Shown: one piece after another, positions 35,637-48,419 of the stretch
Numbering within the stretch: position 1 is the stretch's first letter
Layout: the number at the start of each line of letters is the position of its first letter
Assembly: GCF_006345805.1 (NCBI RefSeq)
Contig: NC_043024.1
Location: 7,378,001 to 7,442,000 of the forward strand
Length of the DNA: 64,000 bases
Direction: 5' to 3'
DNA from: Octopus sinensis
Lineage: Eukaryota
Made by a program: the position numbers and the translations under genes
Notes under the pieces: generated by a model
The model's database searches: none
Told to the model about the DNA's origin: nothing
Seen by the model: only the letters and a program-made list of their open reading frames with translations

Positions 35637-36050
35637 TACGAGCTGGCAGAACCGTTAGCACACCGGGCGAAATGCTTAGCGGTATTTCGTCTGCCGTTAC
35701 GTTCTGAGTTCAAATTCCGCCGAGGTCGACTTTGCCTTTCATCCTTTCGGGGTCGATAAATTAAGTACCAGTTACGTACTGGGGTCGATATAATCGACTT
35801 AATCCGTTTGTCTGTCCTTGTTTGTCCTCTCTGCGTTTAGCCCCTTGTGGGTAGTAAAGAAATAGGTATTTCGTCTGCCGCTACGTTCTGAGTTCAAATT
35901 CAGCCGAGGTCGACTTTGCCTTTCATCATTTCGGGGTCGATTAAATAAGTACCAGTTACGCACTGGGGTCAATATAATCGATTTAATCCGTTTGTCTGTC
36001 CTCTCTGTGTTTAGCCCCTTGTGGGTAGTAAAGAAATAGGTACTTATTTT
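35637..36050 (+). mobile_element. SINE family B, two-unit form
   Basis: Head plus repeated core. Confidence 0.85.
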
Positions 36051-36679
36051 ATTGACCTGGAAAGATGAAAGGCAAAGAATATTCCAACCATAATCATCTT
36101 TTATTTATTTTGCTTTTCAGACATATCAAATACTATATTATTTAATGTGCTTTTCCTGTTTTTCAAAATAGTAGTGTGACTTGAGGTGGGATTCAGCTGC
36201 TATTTCTAGCAGTTGTCTGCGTATGTATCGGCTTCTACAACACTTCCGCTTTGTAACAGAGCAGGGACAAATGGAGCGTACGAATTCAACAATTTCACCA
36301 CACACACACACACACATTTACATACACACACATACACACACACACATACATTTATATACACACACACACATATATATATAGTACAGGCTTAGCTGTGTGG
36401 TAAAAGGCTTGCTTCCCTACCACGTTGTCCCAGGTTCAGTCCGACTGCGTGGCACTTTAGTCATTTAGTTGACGGAAATTGAAAGTAGCCCGTTGTATAT
36501 GTGTATGTGTGTGTCCACCACCACCGCTTGACAACTGGTGTTGGTATGTTTGCGTCCCCGTAGCTAAACGGTTCGGCCTAAGAGATCCTAGTCTCCAGTG
36601 ACAGTTCAGAGGCGAAATTAATATAGAGTTATGCCCCTTCGCACCTAGATTAACGTGTCTTCTGGTGTCTATAGTTTAC

Positions 36680-37005
36680 CCAGACCGGCCGTTGTGAGTG
36701 TTTATTGAGCGAAAACACCTAAAGCTCCACGAGGCTCCGGCAGGGGATGGTGGTGATCCCTACTGTACTCTTTCACCACAACTTTCTCTCACTCTTACTT
36801 CCTGTTTCTGTTGTACCTGTATTTCAAAGGGCCGGTCTTGTCACTCTCTGTGTCACGCTGAATATCCCCGAGAACTGCGTTAAGGGTACACGTGTCTGTG
36901 GAGTGTTCAGCCACTTACACGTTAATTTCACGAGCAGGCTGTTCCGTTGGTCGGATCAACCGGAACCCTCGTCGTCGTAACCGACGGAGTGCTTCCTCCC
37001 CTATA
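36680..37005 (+). mobile_element. SINE family C (head truncated)
   Basis: Body and 3' end match 53160-53545 and 57305-57690. Confidence 0.8.
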
Positions 37006-37211
37006 GTTTACACTGTACACCTTAGGGAATTCCTACCTACTATTTTTCTACACACAGAGCGTGACCGTTTCCCAGATAATAGCAGGGCCCTATCTCCTAC
37101 TCACTAGTGCTTTAGTCTTTACTAAGTTCACTCTCAGGGCTCTCAATTACAAGTTTTGCTTCCACATCTGGAATTTCTTCTCCCAATCCACCACTGATTC
37201 AGCTGAAGAGT

Positions 37212-37690
37212 TTACTCTTTTACTTGTTTCAGTCATTTGACTGCGGCCATGCTGGAGCACCGCCTTTAGTCGAGCAACTCGACCCCGGGACTTATTCTTT
37301 GTAAGCCCAGTACTTATTCTATCGGTCTCTTTTGCCGAACCGCTAAGTAAAGAGCGCAGGAGTGGCTGTGTGGTAAGTAGCTTGCCTTGTGAGTGGATTT
37401 GGTAGACGGAAACTGAAAGAAGCCTGTCGTATATATGTATATATATATATATATATTTATGTATGTGTGTGTTTCTGTGTCTGTGTTTGTCTCCCTAGCA
37501 TTGCTTGACAACCGATGCTGGTGTGTTTACGTCCCCATCACTTAGCGGTTCGGCAAAAGAGACCGATAGAATAAGTACTGGGCTTTCAAAGAATAAGTCC
37601 CGGGGTCGATTTGCTCGACTAAAGGCGGTGTTCCAGCATGGCCACAGTCAAAATGACTGAAACAAGTAAAAGAGTAAAGAGTAAGAGTAA
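37212..37690. mobile_element. Inverted pair of family-A SINEs
   Basis: 37212-37350 (-) is the reverse complement of about 37545-37690 within the plus copy 37354-37690. Confidence 0.85.
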
Positions 37691-37769
37691 TAATGATAAG
37701 TGATGTGCTTATTCTGAAATCTTGCCATCTGCCTTTTAAATATCTTCATCTCTTTATACTTTTCCTCTA

Positions 37770-37778
37770 TTATTTCAG
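37770..37778 (+). other. Candidate splice acceptor of the terminal zinc-finger exon
   Basis: Pyrimidine tract tctttatacttttcctctattatttcAG ending at 37778. Confidence 0.55.
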
Positions 37779-37955
37779 AGAATTCAATGCTCTTAGCATC
37801 AGCGGATTTTTTTGACCTTCAAGCATGTGCGGCATCCTTGGATAACAGTAAAAATCAGAGTTGATGGATATATAACAATGGAAGTTTTTGTCTGGAGTCA
37901 CTTATGAAAAACCAAAAAGAAAATATTCTGTATGTTGTGGTGAAGAGCAAAAATT

Positions 37956-39722
37956 ATGGAAAATAAATTATGCGAGAACAATGTTAAATGTAAGACAGAG
38001 ACTACAGGAGTTTGTTTTGCTGAGGTTATAAAGAAAGAGAAAGAAAAGACCTATTACTGTGATATCTGTAAAAAATCATTCTCGCATAAAAGCAACCTTG
38101 CCACTCACAAACGTATTCATACAGGGGAGAAACCGTATCACTGTGATATCTGTTGTAAGTCCTTCTCACAAAAGGGTCACTTGAGAAGCCACAGGCATAT
38201 TCATACAGGAGAGACACCGTATCAGTGTGATGTCTGTGGCAAGTCATTCTCTGAAGGAAGTAACTTAACTAAACACAAACGTATTCATACGGGAGAAAAG
38301 CCCTATCACTGTGACACTTGTGGGAAATCTTTCTCAGTAGTGAGTCACTTAACCACTCACATACGCGTTCACACAGGGGAGAAGCCATATCACTGTGATA
38401 TCTGTGGTATATCTTTCTCTCAGATAAACACTTTAACTATCCACAAACATATTCATACAGGTGAGAAACCATATCACTGTGATATCTGTGGTAAATCATT
38501 CTCCGACGGAAATACCTTAACTATACACAAACGCAATCATACAGGTGAGAAACCGTACCTCTGTGATATCTGTGGTAAATCATTCTCTCTAAATGGTGAC
38601 TTAACTATACATAAGCGTATTCATACAGGGGAGAAACCATATCACTGTGATATCTGTGGTAAATCTTTCTCTGAAGGAAGTACCTTGATTACTCACAAAC
38701 GTATTCATACAGGGGAGAAACCGTATCACTGTGATATCTGTTGTAAGTCCTTCTCACAAAAGGGTCACTTGAGAAGCCACAGGCATATTCATACAGGAGA
38801 GACACCGTATCAGTGTGATGTCTGTGGCAAGTCATTCTCTGAAGGAAGTAACTTAACTAAACACAAACGTATTCATACGGGAGAAAAGCCCTATCACTGT
38901 GACACTTGTGGGAAATCTTTCTCAGTAGTGAGTCACTTAACCACTCACATACGCGTTCACACAGGAGAGAAGCCGTATCACTGTGATATCTGTGGTATAT
39001 CTTTCTCTCAGATAAACACTTTAACTATCCACAAACGTATTCATACAGGGGAGAAACCATATCACTGTGATATCTGTGGTAAATCATTCTCCGACGGAAA
39101 TACCTTAACTATACACAAACGCAATCATACAGGTGAGAAACCGTACCTCTGTGATATCTGTGGTAAATCATTCTCTCTAAATGGTGACTTAACTATACAT
39201 AAGCGTATTCATACAGGGGAGAAACCATATCACTGTGATATCTGTGGTAAATCTTTCTCTGAAGGAAGTACCTTGATTACTCACAAACGTATTCATACGG
39301 GAGAAAAGCCATATCACTGTGATATCTGTGGTAAATCATTTTCTGTGGTAAGTCACTTAACCACTCACATACGCGTTCACACAGGAGAGAAACCATATCA
39401 TTGTGATATCTGTGGTATATCATTCTCCCAGATAAATACCTTAACTAGACACAGACGTATTCATACAGGCGAGAAACCATATCACTGTGATATCTGTAAC
39501 AAATTGTTCTCTGATGGCAATACCTTAACCATACACAAGCGTATTCATACAGGCGAGAAACCCTACCAATGTGATATCTGTGGTAAATCATTCTCTCGAA
39601 CTGGGGACTTAACTAGACACAAGCATATCCATACAGGAGAGAAACCATATCATTGTGATATCTGCGGCAAATCATTTTCTCACGCAGGTAATTTAACTAG
39701 ACACAAGTATATTCATACATAA
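37956..39722 (+). CDS. C2H2 zinc-finger protein, 588 aa, 20 tandem fingers, no recognisable effector domain
   Basis: Uninterrupted ORF; 20 CX2CX12HX3H units with TGEKPY linkers. Confidence 0.95.
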   Translation: MENKLCENNVKCKTETTGVCFAEVIKKEKEKTYYCDICKKSFSHKSNLATHKRIHTGEKPYHCDICCKSFSQKGHLRSHRHIHTGETPYQCDVCGKSFSEGSNLTKHKRIHTGEKPYHCDTCGKSFSVVSHLTTHIRVHTGEKPYHCDICGISFSQINTLTIHKHIHTGEKPYHCDICGKSFSDGNTLTIHKRNHTGEKPYLCDICGKSFSLNGDLTIHKRIHTGEKPYHCDICGKSFSEGSTLITHKRIHTGEKPYHCDICCKSFSQKGHLRSHRHIHTGETPYQCDVCGKSFSEGSNLTKHKRIHTGEKPYHCDTCGKSFSVVSHLTTHIRVHTGEKPYHCDICGISFSQINTLTIHKRIHTGEKPYHCDICGKSFSDGNTLTIHKRNHTGEKPYLCDICGKSFSLNGDLTIHKRIHTGEKPYHCDICGKSFSEGSTLITHKRIHTGEKPYHCDICGKSFSVVSHLTTHIRVHTGEKPYHCDICGISFSQINTLTRHRRIHTGEKPYHCDICNKLFSDGNTLTIHKRIHTGEKPYQCDICGKSFSRTGDLTRHKHIHTGEKPYHCDICGKSFSHAGNLTRHKYIHT

Positions 39723-39831
39723 GAGAGACCATATTACTGTGATATCTGTAGTAAACCATTCTTTCGAACTGGTCACTTAAATAGACACGAAAATATTTAT
39801 AACGAAGAGAAACCATATCGTGATATTTTTT

Positions 39832-40046
39832 TTCTCTTTTTACTTGTTTCAGTCATTTTGACTGCGGCCATGCTGGAGCACCGCCTTTTAATCGAGCAAC
39901 TCGACCCCGGGACTTATTCTTTGTAAGCCCAGTACTTATTCTATCGGTCTCTTTTGCTGAACCGCTAAGTGACGGGGACATAAACACACCAGCATCGGTT
40001 GTCAAGCAATGCTAGGGGTCAAACACAGACACACAAACATACACGC

Positions 40047-40092
<46 letters not shown>

Positions 40093-40245
40093 GACGGGCT
40101 TCTTTCAGTTTCCGTCTACCAAATCCACTCACAAGGCTTTGGTCGGCCCAAGGCTATAGTAGAAGACACTTGCCCAAGGTGCAACGCAGTGGGACTGAAC
40201 CCGGAACCATGTGGTTGGTAAGCAAGCTACTTACCACACAGCCAC
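39832..40245 (-). mobile_element. SINE family A just 3' of the zinc-finger stop
   Basis: Full reverse copy. Confidence 0.9.
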
Positions 40246-40446
40246 ACCTGCGCCTTATTCATAAATATCATTATTGATGCTTTATTAATACTCTATTAAT
40301 ACTGTATGTGTGTGTGCGTGTTGGGGGAGTGAATACATTTCTTATGGTGTTTGTTTTATTCTTGTTATTTTATTCATAGTAGCAGGTTGTTTTCATTACC
40401 CCATGCAGATTTTGGGACTCCTAGATTGCTCCTAGATACCAGTACT

Positions 40447-41020
40447 CATCATCATCATCGGTTAATGTCCATTTTCCATTCTAGCATGGGTTGGACGGTT
40501 TGACCGGGGCTTGGGAAGCCAGGAGGCTGCACCAGGCTCCAGTCTGATCTGGCAGTGTTTCTACAGCTGGATGCTCTTCCTAACGCCAACCACTCTGTGA
40601 GTGTAGTGGGTGCTTTTTACGTGCCACCAGCACGGAAGCCAGTCGAGGCAGCGCTGGTGCTTTTTACGTGCCACCGGCACAGAAGCCAGGCAAGGCAGCG
40701 CTGGCATCGGCCCCGTTTGGATGGTGCTTTTGACATGCCACCAGCACAGAAGCCAGTCAAGGTGGCGCTGGCATCGGCCCCGTTCGGATGGTGCTTTTTA
40801 TGTACCACCAGCACGGAAGCCAGTCAAGGCGGCGCTGGCATCGGCCACATTCGGATGGAGCTTTTTATGTGACACCGGCACGGAAGCCAGTCAAGGCGGC
40901 GCTGGCATCGGCCCCGTTCGGATGGTGCTTTTTACGTACCACCAGCACAGAAGCCAGTCAAGGCAGCGTTGGCATCGGCCACATTCGGATGGGGCTTTTT
41001 ACATGCCACCGACACAGTTA
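40447..41020 (-). mobile_element. RTE-like LINE 3' UTR with an expanded ~62-bp VNTR
   Basis: (CAT)n, family 3' end, 6-7 units. Confidence 0.85.
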
Positions 41021-41659
41021 TCACAACTACTGGTACTTATTTTGTCATCCCTGAAGGAATGAAAGGCAAAGTGACCTCCGTGGGATTTGAACCCTGAATG
41101 TAAAAATTAACAAATGCTGCTGAGCATTTTTGCCCAGCATGCTAATGGTTCTGCCAGTCTGCCACCTTATTCATAAATATCATTACTGATGCTTTATTAA
41201 TACACTATTAATACTGTATATGTGTGTGTGTGTTAGGGGAGTGCATACACTTCTTATGGTGTTTGTTTTATTCTTCTTATTCTATTCATTGAAGCAGGTT
41301 GTTTTCATTACCTCATGCAGATTTTGGGACTCCTGGGTTACAGCAATCCCCTTTACAATCTACACAAGACCAGTAGTTATATCAACAAAAGAAAATTAAT
41401 TTGATTGACAAAAATTAGGCATTAAATATTGGTGTGTTGTATTTATCTCAATCATCCAAATTCATTGTACGGGGAAAATATATCTTGTATAAGGTGCAGG
41501 CATGACTATGTGGTAAGAAGCTTGCTACCCAACCGCATGGCTCTGGGCTCAGTTCCACTGTGTGGCACCTTGGGCAAGTGACTTCTACCATAGCCTTGGG
41601 CCAACCAAAGCCTTGTGAGTGGGTTTGGTAGATGCAAACTAAAAGAAATCCGTTATATT

Positions 41660-41815
<156 letters not shown>

Positions 41816-42057
41816 TAATAAATAAATAAAACATATGCATATATACATACATATATGTACGTACCTACCTCTACATGTATATATACATGCATATATGGGT
41901 ACAAGACACCAAAAAAAACGTCGAACACAATGAGAACGAAAACATAAACACAAAACCAAGGAAATGGACATTTTTCTTAAACAATGAAAAAATAGAGTAC
42001 AGGACATACAATACAAGGAAAATTCCCCTTCTTCAGTCGCCTTTGTTTCATCTACTC

Positions 42058-42099
<42 letters not shown>

Positions 42100-42134
42100 A
42101 TAATATATATATATACGTGTGTGTGTGTGTAGAA

Positions 42135-43022
42135 TCTCCGCAGAGGAGAAAAACAAACCTTACAAAAACCAAAAAATGACAAGTCGATCATTATAAAAGA
42201 AGCTGACAAAGGTGGAGCAATAGTAATTATGGATACAGATTACTACAAAGAAAAGATACTGGAGATGCTTAACAACCAGACACACTATAAAAAGGAACCA
42301 ACAGCACCGGAGAAAGCAACAATAAAAAAAATTAGAACTTTAGTCAATGAATACCAGGACTCCTTTACAGATAAGGAGAAAGACTATCTATGCAACTCAA
42401 GAACCAAAGATAGCAACTTTTATGGATTACCTAAAATTCATAAAAGCTCTGAAATACAGAGATCCATGAAGGAACAGAGGAACCACTATATAAGAATACA
42501 AAGGCCTGCAGACCTCGCAATGAGACCAATAGTGGCAGGACCTGCACCAACACAGCAACTAAGCCACTTCATTGATGTACTCCTCAAACCTTTATGCCCA
42601 CAGATACCAAGCTACATAAGGGATGACATAGACTTCCTCACACACATTCCAAATACAGTTCCGAAAAACACCATACTTGCAAGCTTCGATGTCACAAACC
42701 TATACACAAACATACCACTCACCCTAGGTCTGGAAGCAATAAAACAATCGGTAGAAAAATGCAGGGAACTCACAGACGAACGTTTCAAGACAGACTTTAT
42801 CACCCATGCCACCCAATTAATACTCGAAGAAATACATTCTCATTCAACAACAAGACATACCGACAGATAAAGGGCACGGCTATGGGTACAAAATTTGCAC
42901 CTTCATATGCCAACCTGCTGATAGGTTTCCTGGAGGACAAACTATACGATGAAATAGGGAAAGTCTTCGAACACGACTTCAGAGAAGACATCAAGAAAAA
43001 GTGGAAACGCTACCTCGATGAC
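42135..43022 (+). mobile_element. Penelope-like element, RT N-terminal part
   Basis: IIKEADKGGAIVIMD, MRPIVAG, ASFDVTNLYTNIP, GTAMGTKFAPSYANL, WKRYLDD (frameshifted). Confidence 0.9.
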
Positions 43023-44390
43023 TAGGTTCTCCCCCAAATTGAATGGCTGAAAATATCTCTATAATAAGCTGTACCAGATGAAGGACCAAATTTGTTAAGT
43101 AAACTGTATTAAAAACACACACACACAGAGTTCTACACATATGTTTTGGTTTTTGAAAATACATCATTGAACAAAGGATATTCTAATATTTGAATGAAAC
43201 CATTTCACTTTAATCAGAAGAAGACCTACAAACATTCCACAACATTCTCAACACACTGCACCCATCTATTAACTTCACAATAGATACCAGCGACAATGAA
43301 CTTCCCTTCCGAGACATCAACATCAAAATACACAACTCCATCATCACAACAGACATCCACTACAAAAAACCGACACACACCAATATTCAAATTTCCACTC
43401 CTGCCACCCATCCCACATAAAAAGAAACATCCCATTACAGTATGGCACGACGAATATGTAGCATAGTAACTGAATCACAAACACGACTAATAAAACTAGA
43501 TGAACTTAAAAACTTCCTACTAGAGCAAAAATACCCCCTTAAACTAATAAAAAATGGAATCTCAAGAGCAATGAAACTAGACATAGCACAACTCAGGACA
43601 CCCAAAACAAAAAACAAAAAAAAACATCCCTTTCATAAACACACAACCCTGGAGTTACCAACATGTTCCAAATCATACATTCAAACCTGCCAATAGTCTT
43701 ACAAAGCCCCAAAATGGAAAACATACTAAACAAATATTGCATAAAAAACAGTAGACGAAAAGACAAAAACCTAAAGAAACATCTAACAAGAGCGAAATTC
43801 TCTTCAGAAACTAAACCTGAATTCTTTGTAAAAGAGTGCGGAGATGGTAGATGTGGGATCTGCAGCAACCCCACCTACAAATACATAGAGGGAGACAAAG
43901 AGATGAAATTTAAGTGGTCACTTATTTAAAGTAAATGCAGATATGAACTGCAAGATGCAGAACGTAATATACTGCATAACCTGCCCCACGTGCAAGGAGG
44001 ATTACATAGGTGAAACCGGAAATTCTTTGTGCTGACAAGCCAAAATTCACCGACAACATGCCCTCAAGAAGAACTGCGCAAGATACCACTGAGTAAACAC
44101 CTAGATACATGTGGAGAAGGAAAATTTAAGATCTTTCCCTTCTACAAATGTCCAAAGAATGACACCTCCTTCAGGAGGAATATGGAAAAATATTTCATAA
44201 CTAAGTTCTCCCCCAAATTGAATGGCTGAAAATATCTCTATAATAAGCTGTACCAGATGAAGGACCAAATTTGTTAAGTAAACTGTATTAAACACACACA
44301 CACAGAGTTCTACACATATGTTTTGGTTTTTGAAAATACATCATTGAACAAAGGATATTCTAATATTTGAATGAAACCATTTCACTTTAA
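43023..44390 (+). mobile_element. Penelope-like 3'-end stub plus tandem copy 1 of RT C-terminus/GIY-YIG/3' end
   Basis: Stub 43023-about 43212 equals the element 3' end; EEDLQTFHNILNTLHP restarts at about 43215; several frameshifts. Confidence 0.85.
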
Positions 44391-45566
44391 TCAGAAGAAG
44401 ACCTACAAACATTCCACAACATTCTCAACACACTGCACCCATCTATTAACTTCACAATAGATACCAGCCACAACGAACTTCCCTTCCGAGACATCAACAT
44501 CAAAATACACAACTCCATCATCACAACAGACATCCACTACAAAAAACCGACACACACCAATATTTAAATTTCCACTCCTGCCACCCATCCCACATTAAAA
44601 GAAACATCCCATATAGTATGGCAAGACAAATATGTAGCATAGTAACTGACTCACAAACATGACTAATAAGACTAGATGAACTTAAAAACTTCCTACTAGA
44701 GCAAAAATACCCCCTTAAACTAATAAAAGATGGAATCACAAGAGTAATGAAACTAGACATAGCACAACTCAGGACACCCAAAACAAAAAACATTATCCCT
44801 TTCATAAACACGCACAACCCTGGAGTTACCAACATGTTCCAAATCATACATTCATACCTGCCAATAGTCTTACAAAGCCCCAAAATGGAAAACATACTAA
44901 ACAAATATTGCATAAAAAACAGTAGACGACAGGACAAAAACCTAAAGAAACACCTAACAAGAGCGAAATTCTCTTCAGAAACTAAACCTGAATTCTTTGC
45001 AAAAGAGTGTAGAGATGGTAGATGTGGGATCTGCAGTAACCCCACCTACAAATACATAGAGGGAGACAAAGAAATGAAATTTAAAAGTGGTCACGTATTT
45101 AAAGTAAATGCAGATATGAACTGCAAGATGCAGAACGTAATATACTGCATAACCTGCCCCACGTGCAAGGAGGATTACATAGGTGAAACCGGAAATTCTT
45201 TGTGCCGACGAACTAAGATTCACAGACAACATGTCCGACAGGAAGAACTGCGCAAGATACCACTGAGTAAACACCTAGATACATGTGGAGAAGGAAAATG
45301 TAAGATCTTTCTCTTCTACAAATGTCCAAAGAATGACACCTCCTTCAGGAGGAATATGGAAAAATATTTCATAACTAAGTTCTCCCCCAAATTGAATGGT
45401 TGAAAATATCTCTATAATAAGCTGTACCAGATGAAGGACCAAATTTGTTAAGTAAACTGTGTTAAACACACACACACACAGAGTTCTACACATATGTTTT
45501 GGTTTTTGAAAATACAACATTGAGCAAAGGATATTCTAATATTTGAATGAAACCATTTCACTTTAA
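44391..45566 (+). mobile_element. Penelope-like tandem copy 2 (RT C-terminus plus GIY-YIG endonuclease)
   Basis: ORF 44747-45403 with NVIYCITCPTCKEDYIGET...RRTKIH; ends gaaaccatttcactttaat. Confidence 0.9.
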
Positions 45567-46394
45567 TTTGGTATAAATATCAACACAATTATTTCTTCTT
45601 CCTCTTTTTTTTTCTTCTTTCTTCCCTTCTCCAAACTCACAGACACCCCCCCCCACACACACACACAAAACAATAATAAAAAGAATTCTTCTCTAAAACC
45701 CCAAAACCATTTGACCATTCCACCTTACACACACACACACTCTCTCTCAATGATAAAAAGGAAATATAATTTATGGCCTACCTTCCCTCCCCTTCCTTTT
45801 CTTCTCCTTTTCTAACACTTCCTCCAGATACAAAAAAAAACACACACACACACATGCTTTCCCTCACTTTCTCCCCATTCACCACCCTCTTGTACTGTCT
45901 TATGTCCCTCCTGGCCACTACACACTCAATAACACTCTAAAATGGTCAAAACTTAAATTCTTTTCCCCAAGATCTTAGACCTCCCTTGGAGTAAACATCC
46001 TGACCAGCTAACCAGCAAAACAATTTTTTCTTCTTCTTCCCTCTCCCTTCCCCTCTTTTTCTTTAACACTTCTTCCAAATACAAAAACACACACACATGC
46101 TCTCTCCCTCACTTTCTCCCTATCCATCACCTTCTTGTACTGTCTTATGTCCCTCCCCACCACTACACACTCAATAACACTATAAAATGGTCAAAACATT
46201 TTTCACAGGAACTTAGTTTGATTTGAAAACCCCACTAGAATGGGAGAAAGCGCTAATACATGATCTAAGTTATATGATGTATAAAAACATGTAATATACA
46301 AATAAATATCTGTAAATATAAAATCATCTGAATTTCTGAGTACCTCATTTCTTCTAATATAAAATATCTGTACATCATCTCCAAACCTTCTAAT

Positions 46395-46855
46395 ATCATC
46401 ATCGTTTAACGTCCGTTTTCCATGCTAGCATGGGTTGGCCGGTTCAACTGGGATCTGGGAAGCCAGAAGGCTGCGCCAGGCCCAGTCTGATCTGGCAGTG
46501 TTTCTACAGCTGGATGCCCTTCCTAACGCCAACCACTCCGAGAATGTAGTGGGTGCTTTTTATGTGCCACCTGCACAGGTGCCAGATGGGGCTGGCAAAC
46601 GGCCACGATCGGATGGTGCTTTTTACGTGTCACCAGCACGAGGCCAGTCGGGGCAGTGCTGGCAACGGCCACGTTCAGATGGTTCTCTTACGTGCCACCG
46701 GCACTGGTATCACAGCTACAATTTCCATTGATGTTGATTGATTTCGATTTTGATTTGGATTTTCACTTGCCTCAACAGGTCTTCACATGTAGAGTTTTGT
46801 GTCCCGAGAAGGAAAGGTATGCATAAGTGGACTGGCTACATCCCATGTAGAGGCC
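46395..46855 (-). mobile_element. RTE-like LINE 3' UTR
   Basis: Matches 49778-50300. Confidence 0.85.
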
Positions 46856-47590
46856 AGTGTCCGAAGTTTGAAAGTGTTTAGTTACAAAAAATAAATTTTT
46901 AAATCTGTCGGTCAAAAGGTAAAGATCCAGAAATTTATTCTATTATTCTCTCTTGCCGAACCGCTAAGTTACAAGGACGTAAAAGACTATGTTTTTATAT
47001 GACTACAACTATAGTTGAATTGGTAGGATAACTTGCTACTTGTGATATTTAGTAAAATAATTATTTCAGAATACTCATATATTCCATCTGTTTCTAGAAA
47101 GGAAAAGTATATTATTGATTTATCCTCACTTAAACATGAATGTCCTTACTGCTACAAAAGAAACTTGGATCTTTTACCTTTTGGTCAAAGTTACACTTGT
47201 CCCACCAACACAGTACGAAGAACACTGATATCTTTAGAGAATTTTGATGAGCAAAGGAAAATGTCATTGCCATGAACAACAAAACATCGACAGAGTTTGG
47301 AGATAATTGTTCTCGAATTGGTGAGATTTTAGGAACAGTTAAAATGTGGTTAGCTAGTGCTGGTGTTGCTATCACCATTCATAGCTTACCTACTGTCAGC
47401 TGCTCTGATATCTGCAAAGAATTTCGATAAGCAAAATATTCTTTTCATAAGCAAAGGAAAATTTTGTCACTGCTATGAACAACAAAACATTGATAGGGTT
47501 TGGGGATAATTGTTCTTGCATGGGTGTAATTGTATCAGCAGTCAAAATGCAGTCAGCTAGTGCTGGTGTTACTATCACCATTCATTGTTC

Positions 47591-48262
47591 GGATCTTTAC
47601 CTTTTGACCTACAGATTTAAAAAATAATCTTTTGTAACTAAACACTTTCAAACTTCGGACACTGGTAGAATGTGTCACATAAAACATCTTTTACTCTTAG
47701 CATTTTTGAGAAAAACTTATATTTACGAAGTAATTTCACGTTAAAGTTGTTGTGTTTCGGTAATTTTGACCAATCAATGACGTGTATTCAGGTGAATAAA
47801 ATTACTGCCGTTGTTTGTCAGCAACAACTTCTGGTGGTGTATTTTTCGTTTGTCACTGTTATTTATGACAACCCTAACCCGAAAACCCTAGCCCTAAAAC
47901 TCTAACCCTAAAACCCTAACTCTAAAACCTTAACCCTAACCTTAACCCCTTAAAGCTAAAACCAGTACAAATGCACAAACGATATCATAAATAACAGTGG
48001 CAAACGAAATATACACCACTGGAAGTTCTTGTTGACAAACAACGGCAGTAATTTTATTCAGCTGAATACACGTCATTGATTGGTTGAAGTAACCGAAATA
48101 GGACTACTTTAACATGAAATTACTTCGTAAATATAAGTTTTTCTCAAAAATGCTAAGAATAAAAGATGTTTTATATGACACATTCTACCAGTGTCTGAAG
48201 TTTGAAAGTGTTTAGTTACAAAAAATTAATTTTTAAATCTGTAGGTCAGAAGGTAAAGGTCC
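47591..48262. mobile_element. Foldback MITE with GGATCTTT termini and a central degenerate (CCCTAA)n tract
   Basis: Arms about 47591-47860 and 47985-48262 are reverse complements; telomere-like repeats at 47870-47960. Confidence 0.8.
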
Positions 48263-48419
48263 AGAAACTCTAATATGGGTTTATAGGATAAAATGCATGC
48301 TTGTATATAGTACTGGCAGGGAGATAACTCCCCCCACCAACGATAATAAATATATATTTTTTGCAAACTCGCTGGCAAATCACAACACCACTGCCTATCC
48401 TGGCACTGATTTACTATAT

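Noticed and set aside
41888-42060. Inverted terminal repeat of the adjacent Penelope element
   Set aside because: Does not match that element's 3' end in the window; probably a separate unclassified repeat in the (TA)n tract
43050-43110. Hammerhead in the large Penelope element's 3' end (CCAGATGAAGGACC...)
   Set aside because: Core is CAGAUGA, with no pairing stem II and no GAAA in the expected position
47870-47960. True telomere or chromosome fusion site
   Set aside because: Short, degenerate and internal to a MITE
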